DNA from: an uncultured Candidatus Marinamargulisbacteria bacterium
GTDB taxonomy: Bacteria > Margulisbacteria > Riflemargulisbacteria > GWF2-35-9 > DYQY01
Direction: 5' to 3'
Length of the DNA: 64,000 bases
Assembly: GCA_964643725.1 (NCBI GenBank)
Contig: CAZXTL010000004.1
Location: forward strand, 27,874-91,873
Translations under genes and position numbers: made by a program
Notes under the pieces: model-generated
What the model was told of the DNA's origin: nothing
Seen by the model: the letters and a program-made list of their open reading frames with translations, nothing else
The model's database searches: none
Shown: piece by piece, positions 10,601 to 19,974 of the stretch
How positions within the stretch are numbered: position 1 is the stretch's first letter
Layout: the number at the start of each line of letters is the position of its first letter

Positions 10601-13179
10601 TAGCAGAGAAGAGCCAGCCAGTAACAACACCGTTTGCGAATTTGGACCAAATATGGAATGAAGTTTTATTAAAGCATAAAGGTCTTACTGGTGGACTTTA
10701 CGCTAATGGTTGTTTCTTTATCCAGCGAACAGATATTATGAATAAGAGTCAGATGCATTGGCAAGACGTTGAGCAAGTTAATGCTGCAATGACTAGTGAT
10801 TCTAGAATTTCAAGAATGTATAATAATAATAAGAAGTTTTGGTCAGACTTAAAACAGAATAGTCCTATGGTTTATAATCTGGCCAGAGCTGGATTACTTG
10901 CTGCTGCTGTTATTGGTATTCCATCAGCTATTATCTTGTGGGCTGGAGCTTCTTCTCTCGGCGTTCTTTCTATAGCAGCAATGGTTTCTATTGCTGTCTC
11001 CTTAATGGCACTAACGGTTACATCAGTTGACGTAAAAGGAAACAAAGCGAGTGATATTAACAGTGATATTAAAAAGAACTTTATGTATAGTTTCTTGGCT
11101 ACTTCCTTGGGTGGCACAATGGTTGCTACTGCAATGCTGGCAATGTCCTTTGCACAAAGTGGTTTGGATAAAATGGGTCAGTATGGCCACCAGTTTACTG
11201 AGTTAGGGTTAATTGCTTTTATAGCCTTATTTGCAGCAGGGATAACCACTTGGGTAACACAGAATGTAGGGTTTGCTAAGATAAGAGAGAAAATTACTAT
11301 AAATGCTTTAGGTAGAACAATCCAAGGGCTTAATAATAATTTAGAAAGTTTAGTTGATAAGAATCTTATTAATGTTGCTGGCTTAAGTGATGAGCAAAAG
11401 TCAGAATTTAGAGCAATGCTAGAAATTTATGCAAATTGCAAAGTTGATGAAAACTACGTCAATAGAAATAGATTTTTTGCTGGGTATGTTCGTTTTTTTA
11501 ATGATTTGTTTGATGTTAATACTACAGATGCACAAAAGAAAAGTGCATTTGATATTCTTACTAAGAGTAATGGAGCGATAACAGTAGATGGCTTAAAGAA
11601 TCATGGATTAGGAATGGATGAGGATGCGGCAAAAGGTTTGGTGAAAGAATTAACCAGATTATCATTAGTAAGTGCTACTGGTGAACTTAGTGAGTCATCA
11701 TTAACTTCGACTGAACTTCAGGATTATCTAACAGCTAAATTTAGTGCAGAGCAAACTGAAAACATAAATCATTATTTAAATTTAAATTTTTATAGAAACT
11801 TAATGAAGAAGACCGATTCAAAGGACTTTGTAAAACAGATTTATGAAATGCTGAAAAAACAAAGTGGTTCAAATAATAATGTTAATGAAATGTTGAATGA
11901 TTTTTGTAAAATGATGGGTAAGGATGAAAAAGGGAATCAATTTTTAACTAGAGACGACTTAGATAAATTATTTAATCCAGATTCTAAGGCAACACCTGAA
12001 GAGAAGGAAAACATTGCCAAAGAAATTCAAAAACGTTTTTATGCAACTTACACATCAGCAGATGCAGTGGTTCCAGGTGAAGTTCCAGTAGCTTGTAAGA
12101 AGTTTATCAGTAGGTTTGAAGATTACAAAACAACTAGTGCAACAGAAGATGCCTTTTCCTGGATAACTAATTATTTTATGGGTTGGAATACACAAGCTAT
12201 GCCTGGCGGAATGCCATTAGGTCAGGCAGGGGCAAATACTAGCTTTGATGTTGTTGTTCCACAAAGAGGTGGAAGATGGTATAGTTCAACCTCTGCGTTT
12301 TTATCATACGCATTGATAAATGACGTTTATCAGAATTGGCAGACAAGACCAGCAAGTACAGCTTCTGGAACAGTATCTACTTTATTGTATGGATATTCAG
12401 GTTTAGCTAAAATGCAACTGTTAATGGGAGTTCCTTTAGTAGCTTTAGGTGTAATTAATCCATTCTATTTCTTAACAACCATGGGATTAACAGTATTTAC
12501 AGCGTTTTCATACGCAAATTATTCTGCAGCTATGCAGACTGGCAGACTAGCTAGAGTAACCACTGGAGCATGGTCTTATGGTGTCGATTTGGCATTATAT
12601 GCAGAAAGTAAGATTCATATGCCAACAGCTCTTAAAGAGACGTTAGCTAGAGGTGGCATAAAACCAGAACAAACTGTGCAGATAATGAATATGTCTTGGT
12701 TAGATATACTCAAGAAACCTTTGGATCCCTATAGTTGGTTGATGGTGATGGATAAGTTAACCAATCCAGTAACAAGTCCATTACATAATGCAGGTTTTAA
12801 TATTACTGTAGAAATGGCTGGATCAACTCAACCAAAATTCCATATGAGCTTTGAATCAGTTGTTTCAATTGTATATTCAATTACTTCAGGGTTATTGTTT
12901 ATGAAAATGATGGACTCTTTAGCTGCCGGGGACTTCATGCAATTCCCATATTTTGCAGCTTTTTTGTTTTGGTCTTATGTCCAGTTAAAAAATGCACTTG
13001 GAACAGAACAAATGTCTAGATTGGGAGCTAACTTTTTGATAGAAGGAAAGAAACAGAGCAGAGGAAAGACTAATAACGAAGCTAGTAACAATGAGACAGG
13101 TAAGATTTTGCAGGGTGCTGGAGAAAATACAGGAGAGTATAGGAAAATTTTAACAAATGAATTGTTTAAGAAACCATAA
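4612..13179 (+). CDS. Giant protein (~2855 aa) with a C-terminal multi-pass hydrophobic region. The ORF track starts at TTG 4576, but ATG 4612 with AAAGGA 6 nt upstream is preferred.
   Basis: An 8.6-kb uninterrupted ORF in AT-rich DNA. The last ~700 aa contain several 20-25-residue hydrophobic stretches, for example LLAAAVIGIPSAIILWAGASSLGVLSIAAMVSIAVSLMALTV, LGLIAFIALFAAGITTWV and VPLVALGVINPFYFLTTMGLTVFTAF. No catalytic motif was recognised. Confidence 0.8.
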   Translation: MKSTYSYLHNIQGLRYKVASLVETDIPSSVGTPDVSGCANTPLALPSPAINTTDANLAIDAPIEPERPDNINIEHANNAQRAMNDSTVPPKTPPAVNLSNSWSNYRRSFEVIKQFMINNWQLVAMLGTNIGLEATYNLSDYGPAVGGIIRGIDATLFMHWVSMKSAQAYVKGKIIGFNGGLRKELDRVYKTFINGKDLSSIEQFQVANNMKLYFTVSSLVAGIGELRSRIQLEGNVSNLTGVNNPAVLSDLINYLDSGIIELTALLQDAKAPQEVKNAVARLAAFTPEEGDNALVEAWLKNSVLPAFSNSEDQNVQIISTFFQKRMNDPNIQIEESFLIAFDKFLQEDNSQFQSKIKSLQRRLLLTQATQVIMAVSLLGILGFNTFTQDVSAIQKIMTVYCFLASILYYAVDGATNFYNQLRTFFDKNLPDFGVPLTNKLDNPMMSAIRYPFAHNNMEWVFQDLISNVLLDGNFVGTENIFSSASMLRRQSYGIVTILNAAKARYELLKPQFSDLLKGFSENAKRLLPLLLSVDKYHPVATEISIQRAVNNVFSGYKDNKTGYLTTFETLLLGFPQQDAGRHRTEQGRLIVEAVLFRMKGELNKAGLSDDAIRILVERFNIGDFNHYDFKNMMEDALVNDLGMDSTTENFKTIVKTIIDNKTQYQNEAVIAYTSKEGIPAQQAAAIMHQMQVVFQQESMFERIAEIANLLRKGITIDEEGNAVNQDALKEELQGLLAKAFLGTDVVNQNIVEMVNILVASGEQITQTSYDAFTLKDPMSDVSMDVNKFSHLVNVRRRIGIMGLNEKKLRGENFEANQVLTLFYSIKNMVADKNSGNQAGYRTKLANLYFILTGEQLTATTDEDIQKAFEKVVQSYKSLLTDTLTDFNGKSTTKNITKYNDLSSEQKNNIDNFLSDNQFSRKYTYNKQTGALTVIGQMTKAEINILKTIFPTKIDIKTLYDMENDSLGKNEEHFNIIKDFDVTSAQAEQHMFDIVTRLNLIGVVDTGRLILENGGLPGTAPGEQNSLTLAVATRAAMLAGQAEANFYDDESQVNNVLANSARFGRYDAYFNMAFKQAEEGIRQGLGSQESLDMITTKIPSLRTLSMHVIEKAVDAFLPSYEENQLKIGQMYLGMGSGLARDTRILKNFVESYRDDSLGLRTHLDPKIDAVAVANAELVAKGSELPPKLKELIDFLYLNYMFQGDARGNIRLFGKTTGSLTYDQLAELVISSLENGQMDVRFRHAARDFYIDLGGKDIALLKEALGSGFLTAGDGKKAQIKDAVRAYLKARETQVQKLSDLEEVVMNHEIKGGNVLGDKMLSLYNEPIFRLIYMKLAGVSYEQDVAPMNVVDGYSSAGVKSWLSTLNAKSATEGEYKKYNKMSNNIVLDAYSDTSTTTSPELEELRRKPAKLPAFITGGKADQTNINSSHYGRGRIANQMRGTRLYEYIAQRLQIISGNSTLTNIEIPPMVLNRFEYEVTSTLHKSQSEMMKSNAIYSTALQFMVDQLIAGKTPQQAGAALVTYWKDNLGLTDADVVGGSLKGLAKTCVSFAKVLKVNMAIPNLTGGISAIYAISQGQNLNNVDSAYSGYINGIALDVPISSADVSAKIDEYINKYITEGKFSSKEATELRSVAERMKRNILINEKIKDFTGQLLATKDDAAAFAEKVKETAQKIAEDDLLDQSSKRYLIYYMQEVYRNIAVGKGLSVNDWLILKGEWYTFPAQFLYRTPGDMNKEGPSGRRLLDYLLPWKSTQTMYQSFLFTRPMTMEEVNALNSSAQGQFVGLTKQVPEVENFRGLQIPVGNILRTFADFFDKQVAEEANVIIGEYSKFQKMIREASNNVTTADTAESLISISLADMAVNKPNDLINMAKAITGDSSINNVSDAIDALLAIYDAREFTIDFIQKRLDALIRSKLSINTNPEYTQLNDYFDENVMPGSMLVLYEKMFGLRKPSTHTNQDVDNFNFVNIFLKVFYFSYDWVTGLFQKTRHGMIQGSQNIAEKSQPVTTPFANLDQIWNEVLLKHKGLTGGLYANGCFFIQRTDIMNKSQMHWQDVEQVNAAMTSDSRISRMYNNNKKFWSDLKQNSPMVYNLARAGLLAAAVIGIPSAIILWAGASSLGVLSIAAMVSIAVSLMALTVTSVDVKGNKASDINSDIKKNFMYSFLATSLGGTMVATAMLAMSFAQSGLDKMGQYGHQFTELGLIAFIALFAAGITTWVTQNVGFAKIREKITINALGRTIQGLNNNLESLVDKNLINVAGLSDEQKSEFRAMLEIYANCKVDENYVNRNRFFAGYVRFFNDLFDVNTTDAQKKSAFDILTKSNGAITVDGLKNHGLGMDEDAAKGLVKELTRLSLVSATGELSESSLTSTELQDYLTAKFSAEQTENINHYLNLNFYRNLMKKTDSKDFVKQIYEMLKKQSGSNNNVNEMLNDFCKMMGKDEKGNQFLTRDDLDKLFNPDSKATPEEKENIAKEIQKRFYATYTSADAVVPGEVPVACKKFISRFEDYKTTSATEDAFSWITNYFMGWNTQAMPGGMPLGQAGANTSFDVVVPQRGGRWYSSTSAFLSYALINDVYQNWQTRPASTASGTVSTLLYGYSGLAKMQLLMGVPLVALGVINPFYFLTTMGLTVFTAFSYANYSAAMQTGRLARVTTGAWSYGVDLALYAESKIHMPTALKETLARGGIKPEQTVQIMNMSWLDILKKPLDPYSWLMVMDKLTNPVTSPLHNAGFNITVEMAGSTQPKFHMSFESVVSIVYSITSGLLFMKMMDSLAAGDFMQFPYFAAFLFWSYVQLKNALGTEQMSRLGANFLIEGKKQSRGKTNNEASNNETGKILQGAGENTGEYRKILTNELFKKP
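10866..13000 (+). other. C-terminal multi-pass hydrophobic (putative transmembrane) region of giant ORF4
   Basis: Two clusters of 20-25-residue hydrophobic segments, at nt ~10866-11290 and ~12370-12990, read directly from the translation. Confidence 0.55.
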
Positions 13180-13206
13180 TGTGTGGCATAAGAGAAGGTA
13201 AGTAAT

Positions 13207-16200
13207 ATGAGTGAAGTAAATAGTGTAAAAACAAATCAAGCGACAACAGTTGTTTCACCTAATGTTAGTGAGCCGAAGAAGCCTGCAGCAAAAGCTGAAG
13301 AACCAGCAGTTATTGGAACACAGTTTCAGTCTAGTGTTAATGAATTAGCTGTTCGTAGTTCTATATCAACTGTTAATACTGGAGATATGTTTGATTCCTT
13401 TCTTAAAGCCAGTAATATAAATGAGAAATTGGAATTAGCAGTTTATCTTTTAAGCTCTGAACATAGTGGAGAAGTTAAAGCTTATTTAGAACAATTAGTG
13501 AAAAAGCCAGAAGGTAAACAAGCATTACGTTTGTTCGTAGAAGACATGACTGTTGAAAAAAGAGATTTTTATTTAAGAAGAGTTCTTGGTGCTAGTTATA
13601 GGGTTGAAGAATTGGTAGCAATTATTAAAAAAGAAACAGAGATCAGTAATAGATCAGGTGATATAAAAGATTTAGAGAAGAAACTAGGTGTTAGCTTAGC
13701 TGTTGTTACTGAACTTATTTCTTCTATTGCTAACAGAAAAGAAATTAATATTTCTATGTTGGAGCTTGTGAAAATCGCTTTATTGGAGAAGTTATCATAT
13801 GCTGATGCTAATAAGATTAGTAGTCTGCTATCAAAATATGCAAAAGGCGAAAGTATCTCAGTTGAAGATATGAGAAATGTTGTTACAAAGGCTTTGGAAG
13901 TCATTAAGAATGACAAATCATTAAGCGAATCCTGTAAAATGATAGTTGTAATTTTGGAAAAGTATTTGGATAAGAAAACAACTTATAATGATTTTGCATC
14001 TCTTGTTAAAAGTTCTTTAGGTGAGAATATTAAGGTTGGAGAAAGTTCTTTTGCTCTTATTGAAGGAGCTCTTAAATGTGTAGTAGCTGAATATGGTTTA
14101 TATGATGCAAGTTCTTTTAGTGTGATTATGAATCAATTATTAAGTTCCTTAAATGAAAAAGGGATTGTTGATATTTCTTATAAACTTAAGTTCCCTTTTA
14201 ATAAATCATATAGTTTTATTGATGAAGCAATTAAAGTTGATAATAGTTTGTCAACTATTCCTGACATAAATAGATTTAGAGTTGCATCTGATGTTAATAC
14301 TGAAAAGTTACAGGCGTCTGTTTATGATGATTTAATGCGTATTTTTTCTGACAAACAAAAAGAGGTATTAAATATTAATGGTGGTATTCTTTTAAGAAAC
14401 AATGCTCAACATCAGCAAATAGCCATTATTGACCAGGTTACAGCTTTAAATGTTTTGATAGAGGTTAGAGGTAGTAATAAATTAACTGAAGAACAGAATA
14501 AGCAAGTAGATGGATTGATTGATAAGTTACTCATAGGTATTGGTTTAATGCACGATAAAACTAAGATATTTCCTGGATCAAGGTATTTTTATGATGGTAT
14601 TTTAAGAACAAGGGAAGCAAAAGATAGAAATTCAGCTACAGATGCTAATTTTCTTTTAACAAAAGCTTATCTTTCTTTGTATAGGATACGTAGGGAAGAA
14701 AAATATCTTACTGCGGCAAAGAAATACATGGATGAGATAAGATTCCATGGTTTTGCTAATATTTTCGATGGCAATGTGCAACGTTTACTTGTGAAGGTTA
14801 GTCCTGATATTGAAGATTTAGATGATTCAAGAACCTTTGGTTTTAATTCCAGTGGTCTTGTTTTTGAAAGTTTATTGTTATTTATGCAAGACGATAAAGA
14901 AAATAGAGGTTTTTGGGAGAAGGCAATTAAAGATAACTTTAGTGTAATGAAAGAGTTATTAAAAAATGGTTTTTTAAAGGAAGTTTCTTCTATTCGTTTT
15001 GAGAATGGTGGAATAAAGGAATATGATACTTACAATAAATTTTCACCTATTATAAATGGTGTAAATTATAGCTATATTCCTTCAGCTATGTCTCTTTACA
15101 AATATGACCAACAACATGGATTTAATTTATTAAGTGAAGATAGCTATAAAGAATTTTTTGCTTTATTAGATAAGCATAGTACTCCTTATAATAAGTTTTT
15201 CTTATCTCCTTCAACAGAACAAGTTAATATGCTTTTTTATTTAGGGAATAAGGATAATATGGGACAAAAAATGAAGTTACCTGATACTAGTACAATTATT
15301 TCAGGTGATAAGGAAATAAGACTTTTTGAGTCGTTGAGGTTTAGTTATAACAAGTTGTTATTAGGTGGAGAGTCTTTATCTGAAAAGGAGATTAATTTTC
15401 CTTCATCTGATGATTTTTATTTTAAATATAGATCTGACCTTTTCAGGTCATTTAGTGAAAACATAAAGGCAATATCGTCTTTATTGGGAAATGAGTCTCC
15501 TGATTTACATGATCTTGCAATTAATTTCCATGAGCTTTTATATAATTTTTCTAGATTTGATAAAGGGTTATGTAAAGAGTTAATGAATAGTTTTAAAGAT
15601 GGTAAGAAGTTGGGTTCAATACTAGAACAACTTAGCAAAAATGGGTTTATGGAATTTAATGCAAACGTCAATGTTTCTAAAAAATATGAGGATATCGCTA
15701 ACAAGCTGATTTCAGAAATGGGAACAGCAGAGTTTAAGAGTATTAGAGAGAATCTTGAGTTAAAACTTTTTATGAGTATTTCTCAGGCAGATGAGGTGAA
15801 AGCTTCCTGGACAGGGAGCCATCCACCTGGAATGTTGAAAGCAATTATTGAGCTAAGTAGAGACTTAGATGGAGTTTCAGAAACTCAAATGAATAGTTAT
15901 GGAAACGATGCTGTTTCAAGAAGACTTAAGCTTATTGTAGCGACAGGAAGTCCTTATTATAAAATTCACCCTGTTGTAGAGAGATCATTTTTTACTGCTA
16001 GGTATCCTCAAGATATTCAACAGTTGGATAGTACTATAAGTATGCTTGAGTCAGGTTATTCTTCTTTGGATAGGTATCTTGAGTATGTACAGCGATTAGA
16101 AACAGTATCTGTGCAACTTAAGGAAAAAGGCCTTATGGATAATTACTTTTATGTTAGAACAAAATATCTTGAAGCCGTAAATAATATTGCAGAAGAGGAT

Positions 16201-19200
16201 ATGAATACCGATCAGAGAGAAAGCTATTTAAGGACAGTAATTTATTTGGGTATTAATTCTTTGGATGATATAAAAGCAAGACTTGATAAGGGTGGAGCTG
16301 ATAATCGTTTCTTACAGGAATTATATAGAAATGCATTAGTGGAAGTTTTAAGAAGTTATGCAATCCTTGGTAAATATGATGTTGTAAAATCTGTATTAAA
16401 GGATCTTGTTGGTTATAATTTGTCTGATTCAAACTATCACGACAAACGCGATAGACTGTATGAACCATATTCTTTTGAGAAATTTTCTTCACATGATAAC
16501 TATATGATTACTGATGTATCAAATAAGTTTATGGATAGTTCACATCGAGGATATATGAGTCAGTTTTTAGAAGGTGAGGAAAGAAAACTTTTTCTTTTTG
16601 ATGTGCTTTCAAATGTTAGAGGATGTTATCAGAAAGGTTTTTATAGTAATGGATTAGGAGAATATTCAAGAAATGTTATTGACCTTAGTAATAAAGAAAT
16701 TGGAAGCTTAATTGAGACAAAGGCTCGTGTTCCTTATGGCAACATAGGGACAAAAGCTGCAAATTTAGTTCCTTTTGTGAATCTACAAGAAAATAAAGCT
16801 TATGACCATGATGACTTTTTTAAAACTGTTACTGATATCGCACTTCAGGAGTCTTTTGCTCTTGTAGATATAGGATTTAGTAATTCAAGTCGTAGAGCTG
16901 ATAAAAATAATGATAAAGTTAGCCCACAGGACAAACTAACCACTGAGCAACATGAAGGAAATGTTAGAACGTATGTTGGTAGTTTGCAGAAAATGATAGA
17001 TCAGTTGAATAATATATTAAAAGATTACAATAATGCACCAGATCAGTCAAAGCCTGAGAATAGACAACCAGTGAAAAAAGAATACAGAGGTGCATATTCT
17101 TCACTTTATGGATCAGCAAAGAATTTATTTAGAAAAGAGACAATAGATGCAGCGAAAACAGCAGGTAGAGAAGTTTATGAGTTGTTTGATGACAAAGCTC
17201 TTTCCAGAATTAATGAAAGACAGTATAGCTTTGAAGTAAAATTAACTTTGGTTAAATTATATTTTGCTAAATTATATTTATTAAGAAGTACCTTTGGGAA
17301 TACAGTTGAGACAAATACTGTATTAGATGAATTGAAAACCAAGATAAATGAACTGGAAAATTTTGGGTTTAATGTTCAAACAGAAGATTCTTTTTATTAT
17401 ATTAAGAAGATTCAAATAGATGTAAGACAATTGAGAATAGCTCTACGTTTTGAAGAACTAGCTGTGAAGAATGTTGCAAAATCAGAAGAACTAGAATTAG
17501 TGGTTGATAAGTGTTTTACAGATATTGATACTTTATTGAATGATAAGAGTATATCTCAAACTTTATCTTTCAGACATGAAAAGAATATTAGGGCTAGGTT
17601 TTATCAACAAGTTTTAGATTCTCTATACCGTTTTCTTATGGATAATCCTTCATCTTTTTCAACTAATAATTTAAGAAAGATAGAGAAAATAATGCAGAAT
17701 CTTATTTCTGACAGCGTATCAGATCAACACAAGGATGTTTGGTTAAGAGGATATATGCAAAAGCTACTGTATGGATTGGTTAGTAAATTGGAAAATGTAG
17801 ATAAAGTTGCAAATAAAAAATATATTGATGAATTGAGAGGCTTAATAAGCAAGGTTAGAAGTATAGGTTACATGGATGGAGAGGTAGTAAAAAGTACTCT
17901 TGATATAAATGTTAATAATACAAATAGAAGCTATTTTGAGCAGTTTCATTATGAGCAGAGTGATCAGATTAATAAAAGAACAGTTGAAAATGTGCCTAAG
18001 GTAATGGAAAATAATGTTTTCTTGAAAACATTTTTTTCTAATGAAATACAAACCCATAGTTTTTTTAATGAGGCAGATGTTCATCTTGAGTATAAGGATA
18101 GCAAATTAGGTGTTTTAGCTGTTAATTCTTTTTCTGATGAGAAAAGTGTTTTTTGGACTAAGTTTAAAGAAACTATAAGTGAAATGGACGATACTCAGGC
18201 AATTGCGTTTGTAAATGATTTTAAAAGTATAGCAAATGCTGGAAAAGACAACCCACCTCTATATGAACTTAGGAAATCATTATTTAATGGCAATCATAGT
18301 CTTGATGATCAAGTAAATGTTAAGGCAAGAGTTAATATGATGAAAATACTTCTTAGTATTGATCGAGCAAGTGTAGTAAAACAGGTTTTTGCTTCAATTT
18401 TTAATATAGTTCCTATTGGTAAGAAAGAAAATGAATCTTTTTCTTATTCGGATCAGTTAAGTTTTTATCCGATAAGTAATTATATTTTGGATCAAGATAT
18501 GGTTTCAGAAATATATAATATAAAGAATAGTATTATTTTAAGTGGGCAAAAGCCATCTGTTGCTGCATTATTGTATGTTGGTAATGATATTCTTCAAAAC
18601 ATTGATGGTCTTTTACCTTCTGTAACCTACTCATTACCTCAAAATAATACGGAGAATAGTGTTTTGAATAGTTTATCCGATGCACCCTCTCCATATTCTT
18701 TTGTGTCAGAAAATATAGGATTATATGATACTCCAAGTGTAAGGTATGTAAATTATATTGACAGTATTCCTTTGCCTACCGCTATTTCTTCTTTAACTGG
18801 TAGTTTAGAATATGATTTTAATAAGCAGATGGTTTCATGTAGAAATACAATTGATTTAGTCCTTAAGTATTTTGGAGGTGTTGAGAAGAATGGTTCTTAT
18901 AACATACAATTTAATGAATCCATTAAAGGAATCATCCAAAAGATTAATGATAGTGGATTGTTTGCTGATGCTGATAGAGCAGTCCAGTTGTTTGGTTTTG
19001 ATGCATATAAAATGGTTCTATATGTTAATTACTTTAAACAAAAACTGTCGTTAGATGAAACTGTTACTGCAAATATTATATCAAATGTTGATGTGTTAAA
19101 TATTGATGCAAAAACGCTTGGTAAACCAACTGATGAACAGCTAAAAGCGTTTAAAGAGTTTCAGTTATTAAATTCATTAAAAGGATTAACTTATGATAAG

Positions 19201-19974
19201 ATACTTCCTCTATTGAAAAACGAAACAACTAGACGAGATGTTTTGGCTTTTATTTTAAGGCCAGATGTTTTGCCTAATGTTTCAAGAGAAATGTATGTTA
19301 AATTATTACAGAAGAATCATTATAAAGACACTAACTCTACAGTGCAGTCTGGAATCGACGTTAGTAATCCAAATAACAGCATATATGAATTAGCACAGAA
19401 TAATGGAATTATAAATCAATTGAATGTTTTAATGAGCTTGGATGAGGTGAAAGGTATGAATAATGAGCAGTTGGCTACAACGTATTTAGCTGCAGTGCTT
19501 TCAAAACTCTCTAAAATAAGTTCATTTTCTGGTTATATTTCTGATAATAGTATAGATGTTAATAAAATAGATACTAGGATTAGTCAAATACAACCACCAA
19601 TTAGTTCAATGTCTGCATATATTTATTCTCCTCAGATTAAAGAAGGCAGAAGCAGATTAGCAGTTGAAGTGGGAAAAAAAGTATTTGATTACGATAACTT
19701 TAATGGAGATGCAAAAAGTAAACTATACGATGATAGAGTTTGTTTTATGCCTTTTATGTTTGAGCATAATTCATATGAAGACAGAGGTAGTTTTTTTAGG
19801 GTAGCGCAAATTGAAACGCAATTGTTAGATTTAAGGTTAAAGGTATTAAGTGAAAAAGAGGAAGGTAAGAAAAATATACTTTATTTAGAAACTAATAAAT
19901 TGATTGATGAGTATAATGAACTGATTAAAAAACATAGCGAATTTAATAGAACACCAATAACTAGGAGCAAGTAA
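13207..19974 (+). CDS. Giant protein (2255 aa), hypothetical
   Basis: A 6.8-kb uninterrupted ORF with GAAGG 8 nt upstream of the ATG, starting 27 nt after the ORF4 stop. Its stop overlaps the next start (TAATG). No recognisable domain. Confidence 0.8.
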   Translation: MSEVNSVKTNQATTVVSPNVSEPKKPAAKAEEPAVIGTQFQSSVNELAVRSSISTVNTGDMFDSFLKASNINEKLELAVYLLSSEHSGEVKAYLEQLVKKPEGKQALRLFVEDMTVEKRDFYLRRVLGASYRVEELVAIIKKETEISNRSGDIKDLEKKLGVSLAVVTELISSIANRKEINISMLELVKIALLEKLSYADANKISSLLSKYAKGESISVEDMRNVVTKALEVIKNDKSLSESCKMIVVILEKYLDKKTTYNDFASLVKSSLGENIKVGESSFALIEGALKCVVAEYGLYDASSFSVIMNQLLSSLNEKGIVDISYKLKFPFNKSYSFIDEAIKVDNSLSTIPDINRFRVASDVNTEKLQASVYDDLMRIFSDKQKEVLNINGGILLRNNAQHQQIAIIDQVTALNVLIEVRGSNKLTEEQNKQVDGLIDKLLIGIGLMHDKTKIFPGSRYFYDGILRTREAKDRNSATDANFLLTKAYLSLYRIRREEKYLTAAKKYMDEIRFHGFANIFDGNVQRLLVKVSPDIEDLDDSRTFGFNSSGLVFESLLLFMQDDKENRGFWEKAIKDNFSVMKELLKNGFLKEVSSIRFENGGIKEYDTYNKFSPIINGVNYSYIPSAMSLYKYDQQHGFNLLSEDSYKEFFALLDKHSTPYNKFFLSPSTEQVNMLFYLGNKDNMGQKMKLPDTSTIISGDKEIRLFESLRFSYNKLLLGGESLSEKEINFPSSDDFYFKYRSDLFRSFSENIKAISSLLGNESPDLHDLAINFHELLYNFSRFDKGLCKELMNSFKDGKKLGSILEQLSKNGFMEFNANVNVSKKYEDIANKLISEMGTAEFKSIRENLELKLFMSISQADEVKASWTGSHPPGMLKAIIELSRDLDGVSETQMNSYGNDAVSRRLKLIVATGSPYYKIHPVVERSFFTARYPQDIQQLDSTISMLESGYSSLDRYLEYVQRLETVSVQLKEKGLMDNYFYVRTKYLEAVNNIAEEDMNTDQRESYLRTVIYLGINSLDDIKARLDKGGADNRFLQELYRNALVEVLRSYAILGKYDVVKSVLKDLVGYNLSDSNYHDKRDRLYEPYSFEKFSSHDNYMITDVSNKFMDSSHRGYMSQFLEGEERKLFLFDVLSNVRGCYQKGFYSNGLGEYSRNVIDLSNKEIGSLIETKARVPYGNIGTKAANLVPFVNLQENKAYDHDDFFKTVTDIALQESFALVDIGFSNSSRRADKNNDKVSPQDKLTTEQHEGNVRTYVGSLQKMIDQLNNILKDYNNAPDQSKPENRQPVKKEYRGAYSSLYGSAKNLFRKETIDAAKTAGREVYELFDDKALSRINERQYSFEVKLTLVKLYFAKLYLLRSTFGNTVETNTVLDELKTKINELENFGFNVQTEDSFYYIKKIQIDVRQLRIALRFEELAVKNVAKSEELELVVDKCFTDIDTLLNDKSISQTLSFRHEKNIRARFYQQVLDSLYRFLMDNPSSFSTNNLRKIEKIMQNLISDSVSDQHKDVWLRGYMQKLLYGLVSKLENVDKVANKKYIDELRGLISKVRSIGYMDGEVVKSTLDINVNNTNRSYFEQFHYEQSDQINKRTVENVPKVMENNVFLKTFFSNEIQTHSFFNEADVHLEYKDSKLGVLAVNSFSDEKSVFWTKFKETISEMDDTQAIAFVNDFKSIANAGKDNPPLYELRKSLFNGNHSLDDQVNVKARVNMMKILLSIDRASVVKQVFASIFNIVPIGKKENESFSYSDQLSFYPISNYILDQDMVSEIYNIKNSIILSGQKPSVAALLYVGNDILQNIDGLLPSVTYSLPQNNTENSVLNSLSDAPSPYSFVSENIGLYDTPSVRYVNYIDSIPLPTAISSLTGSLEYDFNKQMVSCRNTIDLVLKYFGGVEKNGSYNIQFNESIKGIIQKINDSGLFADADRAVQLFGFDAYKMVLYVNYFKQKLSLDETVTANIISNVDVLNIDAKTLGKPTDEQLKAFKEFQLLNSLKGLTYDKILPLLKNETTRRDVLAFILRPDVLPNVSREMYVKLLQKNHYKDTNSTVQSGIDVSNPNNSIYELAQNNGIINQLNVLMSLDEVKGMNNEQLATTYLAAVLSKLSKISSFSGYISDNSIDVNKIDTRISQIQPPISSMSAYIYSPQIKEGRSRLAVEVGKKVFDYDNFNGDAKSKLYDDRVCFMPFMFEHNSYEDRGSFFRVAQIETQLLDLRLKVLSEKEEGKKNILYLETNKLIDEYNELIKKHSEFNRTPITRSK

